Assembly (NCBI GenBank): GCA_009103225.1
Contig: RHPI01000003.1
Span: 404,900 to 468,899, forward strand
Direction of reading: 5' to 3'
Source of the DNA: Chlorokybus atmophyticus
Taxonomy: Eukaryota > Plantae > Mesostigma and Chlorokybus algae
Length of the DNA: 64,000 bases
This document shows positions 57,327 through 64,000 of this stretch, one piece after another (the first letter of the stretch is position 1; every line of letters starts with the position of its first letter). Below the pieces are notes generated by a model. That model was given only the letters and a program-made list of their open reading frames with translations. It did no database searches and was not told the DNA's origin. The translations under genes were made by a program, and so were the position numbers.

Positions 57327-60300
57327 TTAACTGTCGACCATCTCATCTTGCAGCTCTGATGGCGCCATCATTCCCGGGATACTGCGCATGCGTTGTCTCT
57401 CCGCTTCCGCCTTTGCTGCCGCCTCTTCCGCGTACAACTCCGCATTGTCCTGTTGATCAAACATTAGTTGCAAACCACCATGCCTGTGCCAAAGGCAAGC
57501 ATGGCCTTTCTACTGATGACAACTATAGACGCACCTGAGACGCAAAAACTTTGGTATTGACAAGGAAGTCTCGTAGATGGTTCTTGAAGGCAGCAAGATC
57601 TGCTTTAAGCTCAAACAACCCGTCTACGAATGTTGTCACCTGCCATGATGTTAATGAGTGAATTGTGTTTGCATGTTGACCGGCGGAAAGCAAACATCCA
57701 ATCATGCACAGGGCAGATACCTGCACAGGCGTCATGTTTGGGAAGGATGTTGCCAGCAACTGTTTGGTCCTCTCGCTGATGAAGGCAGAATTGCTGGGGT
57801 AAGCCGTCGGGCCCAGAGTAGCAACATCCCACAACGGAGCTGTGATGGCACCAGAGTCAACCTGGATGCACACAGCAGAATCGCATTAGCACGAGACAAG
57901 TGCAGGATGCGTTCAACAGTAGTCTAAAGGATGTCGTGTGAGACCAAAGAGAGCATCAACACGAGGCATTTATTCCTACCACTGTGAAAAGATGCTGCAG
58001 AATGAGCGCATGCAGCTTGAAACCGGGTTTATGGAAAGTATCGGTAAGCACTGCAAATATCTCCTGCTCTAGGGTGAGAAAGTAGGTTTGGTAAAACTGC
58101 GTGCCCATGTTGGAGTTCTGGAAAGAGCCCAACATTTCCAACAGCAAATTCAACCCTGTTTCCGCAACATTGCGCTCTGTGTGGCGGACAGCCCAGATGA
58201 TGGAGTCGATAACAAGCTGCGACACGACGAGGTAAGTACTGCAGTAAAGCAAGAGCTGCAGTCAAAAAGACACAGGACTGTCGGGTATAGGTGGGTCTGA
58301 TTTTTGGGGGTTGTTTGTGTGTGTGTTGTGGAAGAGGCGGGGGTAAAAACTTGCTATTGACCTTCAAGTGTGCAGGCGGCAGCTGGAATAGGCATTGAAA
58401 GCAGTGGTTGGTAATCGCACGCAGAAGTGAGAAAAACCGCAGCCGATGTTCAGGGTAGTCCTCGAAATTAACCGTGATCATCTGCAGCGTGCATTCAAAC
58501 ACCGCCTCAAAAATCCTTGGCACCTCATCCACCATTGCCGCCTTCAACCTAAACACGTATCATATGGTCACAAAGGTGGATGCACCACACCACATTTGCA
58601 AGGAAAACAACAAATCTGACCTGTTGATGATGGTGGCAAATAATGATAGCACTTCTGCGTCGCGAGCATCAGGCACATTGCGCGCATAATCCCCAAGAAT
58701 GGGGTCCAGCATAGCAGGAACAAACTGTTTGGCGACCATATCTGTATCTTCACATTTATCTACGAAGTTCTCAACAAGCCGGAGCACCTGCACAGGCTCA
58801 GTCAGTCCCTCGATCATATGTGCTGTCGCATGCCCCTGCAGCGTCACGTACGTGCTTCTTGACAGACCGCAACAGCTTTACGAGGGCCGTCCGACTGGCG
58901 TATGGGCCGCCAGTGGCAATCTGTGAAGATATCAACTCGCTGTACACGCGGTAAATATTGAGCATGTCCAAGAAGATCAGAGATATCTGGGTGACGAAGG
59001 GCTGTCCTAATGAGGTGCACACGGACACGTTTTGCTGCAGGATGTTGGCAACATTACGGATGACATCTGGGGTTTTCAGCACTTCCAGATTGGTCCTGGC
59101 TTGTGCAATGACCTGTTGCCATTGCGAGTTGGGCAACTCCATCAACTTGGTCAGATACTCGTCTCGACGCTGGGGGTCTCCTTCGGCCTGCATAAGGAAA
59201 CACAATGCACAAGAGTCTCCTCACAGTGTGATGTGTGATTGTACGCAATTTGTTTTTTTTAATTTTAACCCGCTAAAACAAGAAGGAATAAGCTGACCTG
59301 CACCATCATTGCAACAGCTTCATAGAAGACGTGTATTTGATGCGACTCCAGATCAGCTATAATAGCTGGCAGAATTCGCAGTAGCTCACAGACAAACGGC
59401 TCACTTTCCTGCACCTGACCGAGGACAGTGTTCTTAAGACTGCCATTTGACACAGCAATAATGCACCCCATGCATTGCACAAAGGGCACGTGCCTGCGGT
59501 ATGACAAACTTCCTTTTGCACTTCTGCGCAATCTTCAGGAAGGTGTCACATGCCATGTCTTGCACTCCAGGGTGCAGCTCGTGCATAAACTCGAACAGCT
59601 TGTTCACCACCGTCTTCAAGAACTTCCAATGTGCACGCAGGAATCGCGGGTACTGACCAACAACATACCTGCACAAAAGAAGCTGAATGTTGTAGCGCAC
59701 TTGTACGATGCGCACAGAACGCGAGACTTTGATCAGGTCATTACGTACATGATGTTTGAAGCTATCACTGCTTTATGGTCTTTGCCACGGGTGATCTCGC
59801 AAAGGTTGAGCAGATCTCGGATAACAGTAACCAGAAAGCGGTTCTCCTGGTCCTCAGCCATAGAGCCGGATATAGAGCCGATGGCCCAACAAAGGGTGTT
59901 CAGGTTGTTCCAGCTCCACTCTCGCCCATTGAGCTGCATGGCTAACTTTTCAAGCATTTGACTCTCTGTGTCCTCGTGATCCAAGTGAGAGAGATAAATC
60001 AGAGTCTCCCTCATGACTTTATAACGCATCAGCTCATCGGTATCCTTCATGGTTTCACGCACGATATTTCCATTCTCATCTTCCACAATGAGGACCTCTT
60101 CAGGCTTTGCCATGCGACTGATCTGCACATTCACAAGTTGCAATGAACAAACAATTAAGCAAGAAGTCAGCGCAAGCTAGTAAACACCAGGTGCCAATAT
60201 ACCATTAGCAGTCGAAGCTTGGACATTGGTGCAGCGTATAGCTGCTTGCGAGCAGAGGCAGCTGATTGAACAGCTGAGGTGACTGCTCCAAATGCGAACG

Positions 60301-63300
60301 GAGTCACCGGTAAAGGCTCAAGGGCGCACTCAGACTGGAATAGGTCGCAAACAAGCGAATTCCAGTAGTCGAGGCATACCTGAAGTGTCAAGCCAAATCC
60401 ATGTCTGTACATACATACAACTGTAGCATTGCTGCGAGCCGTCTCAGGCACAGGCTCACCTTGAAGACTTCAGTGTCTTCAATATACGATAAGCCAAGCA
60501 GGTACTCAAGGCCAGCAAGTAATGCCTGCTGGTTTTCTGAGGTGACCTCCAGCAAACCAATGTGAACCTGCAAGAAACGGATGCACTAAGGATACCAAAT
60601 CAAGGATAGTCGCATGCGTTACCAACAAAAGCTCAAGATCCAGTACCTTGAAGTAACTTGTAAAAAAGAGAGCCAAGTTTTGCAGGAAAGCCTGCCAAAA
60701 TATACCCACACTGTCAACCACAACTCAGTGTGCCCTTCTGTTAGCTACTATGCCCGAAAGCATTGCACAAAGTGTACCCAGACATGAATACAACCTACTG
60801 GATGATTTCGTGATAAGTGAAAAACCGACTGTACAACATGTTAGTCGCATGCTCCCATCATACCGGCACATAGCTGAAGTGACATGACCCTTGACCTAAT
60901 TCAGCCATCAGTCGAACTATGCCTTGAGAAACCACCACATGCAGCAAAGGCTGCTCTGGGTCTCATGAAAAATATCATCACATGGCTGATGTGAAATGAC
61001 CCTACACATAATACACGTGGCCCATCAGTCGAACTATGCCTTGAGAAACCACCACATGCAGCAAAGGCTGCTCTGGACCTCATGTAAAGTATCGTCACAT
61101 GGCTCATGTGATATGACCCTACACATAACACACGTGGCCCATCAGTCGAACTATGCCTTGAGAAACCACCACATGCAGCAAAGGCTGCTCTGGAACTCGT
61201 GAAAAGCATCATCACATGGCTCAAGTGACATGACCCTACACCTATGCGTGGCCCATCAGTCGAACTATGCCTTGAGAAACCACCACATGCAGCAAAGCTG
61301 CTCTGGATCTCGTGAAAAGCATCATCATGGGGCTCACTACTCATCAGCAGTAATTATCAAAAGCACTGGAAATGCAACTGCTAATGCATGCTATGGTGAA
61401 ATATGCTCACATATGTCACAAAAGCCGACTGAAAAACTTGCCTGTTCCTCATTGGTGCCATTCTGGTACGCTTCCGGAATGTTGACACCTGGAGGCAAGA
61501 TGACCTACACAACCAAGAGACAAGTGGTGTTTATACAACGCGTGTTCACACTTTGACAGCAAAGACACCTGCCGATGATGCACGCAACACAGAAACACCC
61601 CATCTTTACAACACTCGTACCTGCAGCTGGCTCACAGTCACAGTATATAATTTTACAAAATGCACATCATAATACTGTCCAACACTGAGTGCAGCAATCT
61701 GCACAAAACAAAATGTCACCTTGTCTGGCCAGCAGAGCATCCCTCACGCACAATGCAAAACAGTTGTTGACGTTAACCTGTAGAAGAATCACGCATCAAC
61801 ACCTCACCTCCGTCAGGCACTGCAATGTAACGTTGCGAAATGACGGATTTGGGAACAGCTTCAACAGCGTGTCCAGCTGCAGTACAATCACAATTGAGCC
61901 CACATGCAAAGCAGAAAACCAAGTCAAGCTGTCATCTGGAGCACTTACCAGATTTCGCTCAAAGATATACCCCAAAGGTATCCATGACAAAAAGGCGTGC
62001 AGTGTTGTGAGTGTAGTTCGCACAAGCTCAGCTCGTGTGGAGTGCGCCAAAACAAACTCACACAGCTCATGAATGTTCATGAACTCACTGCCAAGACACA
62101 ATGCTCAGCCACTTGAGCTCCCACATTGACAGTGGCAGTCAATTGCGAACTTACTTGTTGAGAGTATTTTTCAACTCTTTGATTTTGGCCTGCGTCATTT
62201 CTCCTCTTGAGAAATCAAAGACCTCTTCACTCAACAACTGGCATGCACGTCCACAGTCAGATTATGTCGACACAATGCTGATGTGAGGTTATGACAATGC
62301 AAAGCTTTGCGCCCAACCTTGAGGATAATCATGCAGTTTTCGCAGAGCGTTTCACTGCTCTTTGCTGCCCCAACAAGATCGGGAATGAAGCTTTGCCATC
62401 GTGCTGGCCACTCATGTTTCAAAACCTGTTTCAACAAAACAACGTCTGAGCCTGTGCAAATGGACATGTACAAGACTGCCTGGTGTTTTTGATGACTGAC
62501 CTGCACCAAGATCACATTGAGTTTGTTGATGAACACGCGTTCCCTCCTGAATGTCGCCTCATCTGAAGAGAGCTGGAGAAAAGCAGCATTGGTGTGTTGC
62601 TTACAGCAGTTCCTCAAAGCGCATACCACCAAATCACAAGCATGCAGGTACCTTGATAATTAGGTTTGATATGTAGTTTTTGATGCCATCGCGCTGTTCT
62701 ACTGGGAGAGCGTTCCATCGATATTTTATGGCACCTTCCAAGATCTGTGCATAGTTGATTGGCATGTACACAACCGGTTTGTATTGTTAAAGCAAGGAGC
62801 TACGAGCTGTGCGACATTTAGTCCAACTCACCTGCAGCGCAAAGTACTTCGAGTTTTGACTGTGAGAGCCCTCAAGAATGGCATCAACTCGTGTCCATGC
62901 ATCTGGGTGCTCTTGTAGCTGGCGAAGAACCTTTTCTGCAGCTACCCTCTGCGGAAACATGACAAACGCTAAGTCTTGCATGGCAGGCTAGGATTACTAA
63001 AGGTTTGCAACAAAACCAACGAGCAGGATGAGAACCCTGGCATGCGGATATGCCGCGGTACCAGCACAAAATGGTGCTGTTGCCAAATGCTGCTCTTCAA
63101 GCACATGTTACCAGGTGTAGTGCTCGATGCACTCCGTCATTAGTTACATGAAAGCGCCTCATGACCAATGCGCAAAACCACTCTCAAAACCCTGCTCGGT
63201 AAGACTTGGTAAGACTGCTACAGAGCTTGTTACGACATGTGTAGCGCACAAATCGCACCAGTGGGCAGCCCAGCTACAGATTTACAACGCTAACATGCAG

Positions 63301-63835
63301 AAAGCAACTACACTGCAACTACCTACAGCTACTTAAGCTCAATCATCCAAACAACATGGAAGCCCGTTCCGTTTAGCTGATAGTCAATAAGCATACCAAC
63401 AAAGAGACTGACTGTCCTGACATGCATGCACAGCAGCAAACTGAGCATTCCGATTGAGCAAAGCACGATTAGAGCAAAACCAGCGGCAACCAAGCACCTC
63501 AGAGATCACTCAGTCGACACCGGTATCACATCTTACCCAAGCTGAGCATGACATGCTCATCAAGATCAAACTGCGCTCGCATGCAAAGTCATACTTCAGT
63601 GTAAGGCAGACGCTGCCCAAAATTTACTTCTGCATTATGTTCTGAGGCTCGTCACAAGACATGCACAATGATGAACAGCATGAGCGCTAACCTCCTGAGG
63701 AGAGCCAGCGCCGTAGAATGCGTTTACGGTGGCGTCCAGGAGCGGCACATCAAAAGCGCTGCTGAAATTCAGCAGCTTCTCTGCAACAGGAGCCATGGCG
63801 CCATTGCCGTTAGCAACCGCCATGCCCATTGCCAT
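57327..63835 (-). CDS. XPO1: Exportin-1 / CRM1
   Basis: [78 protein letters not shown] (leptomycin-B Cys retained), [45 protein letters not shown], and the end [17 protein letters not shown]. Confidence 0.98.
60901..60989 (-). ncRNA. Box C/D snoRNA, copy A (putative LSU rRNA Am817-equivalent guide; U80/U77/snR60-like target)
   Basis: C box GUGAUGA (UGAUGA at 60980-60975) and D box CUGA (60911-60908). A 7-bp terminal stem UCAGCCA/UGGCUGA has canonical k-turn spacing. D' CAGA is followed by a GCAGC-CUUU-GCUGC hairpin and C'-like GUGGUGG. The guide AGGCAUAGUUC sits before the D box. Confidence 0.8.
61020..61104 (-). ncRNA. Box C/D snoRNA, copy B (variant C box UGACGA)
   Basis: D box 61028-61025, C box 61097-61092; identical guide block; CCA/UGG stem only. 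Confidence 0.65.
61137..61221 (-). ncRNA. Box C/D snoRNA, copy C
   Basis: D box 61145-61142, C box UGAUGA 61214-61209; identical guide block. Confidence 0.72.
61251..61333 (-). ncRNA. Box C/D snoRNA, copy D
   Basis: D box 61259-61256, C box AUGAUGA 61328-61322; identical guide block; hairpin loop 1 nt shorter. Confidence 0.7.
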
Positions 63836-64000
63836 ATAAAACAAAGCCCTACTGGTACAATAACACTACCCTACAAGCTAATCCAGCTTAGTCGAGCGCT
63901 GCAACAAGCAAGCAGAGCTGCTGTTGCGGAGCCAACCGCCCTACAACTGCAAGCACCAATCCATTCGGTAACGCATGGAAAACTGCTGTTGAGTGTCACC

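Larger units (their letters stand above)
60692..61441 (-). other. GC-AG intron of XPO1 (750 nt) hosting the snoRNA array
   Basis: Donor GAACAG|GCAAGT at 61441 and acceptor TTGGCAG|GCT at 60692 join the conserved NGTNEEQ|[10 protein letters not shown] in frame. Confidence 0.88.

Noticed and set aside
60901-61333. CRISPR-like or plain minisatellite reading of the XPO1 intronic repeat
   Set aside because: The context is eukaryotic with no cas genes, and the inter-repeat segments are homologous to each other rather than unique spacers. Box C/D architecture plus the rRNA guide explains the pattern better.
63495-63570. UUGAUGA...CUGA in XPO1 intron 1
   Set aside because: Stem geometry is non-canonical and no target was recognised; only small-RNA data could rescue it.

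Overview
Eukaryotic nuclear DNA from an intron-rich green alga. It appears to be flagellate (IFT46 present), and EB1, XPO1, LPA2 and a UND-type U-box protein look streptophyte-like; the taxon is an inference. Fourteen spliced protein-coding genes were traced by hand: a 3'-partial PUB-type U-box E3, RanBPM/GID1, RNF10/MAG2, CSN5, CSC1/ERD4 (OSCA), TOC34, EB1, PDS, LPA2, LSM6, an RH3/RH53-type DEAD-box helicase, IFT46, two-domain glyoxalase I and XPO1/CRM1. Also present are an 807-bp MITE with 25-bp TIRs and a TA target duplication, AT-rich decayed-element regions (one with a possible Ulp1 relic) and an N-gap. The best find is a ~117-bp tandem repeat inside a GC-AG intron of XPO1. On the host sense strand it reads as four box C/D snoRNAs (C/D boxes, terminal stem, internal hairpin). 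They share an invariant guide that, by the D+5 rule, points at the conserved LSU rRNA site equivalent to yeast Am817. Gene spans include introns and were assembled by eye. Family calls and the rRNA target rest on recalled conserved sequences; no database searches were run.
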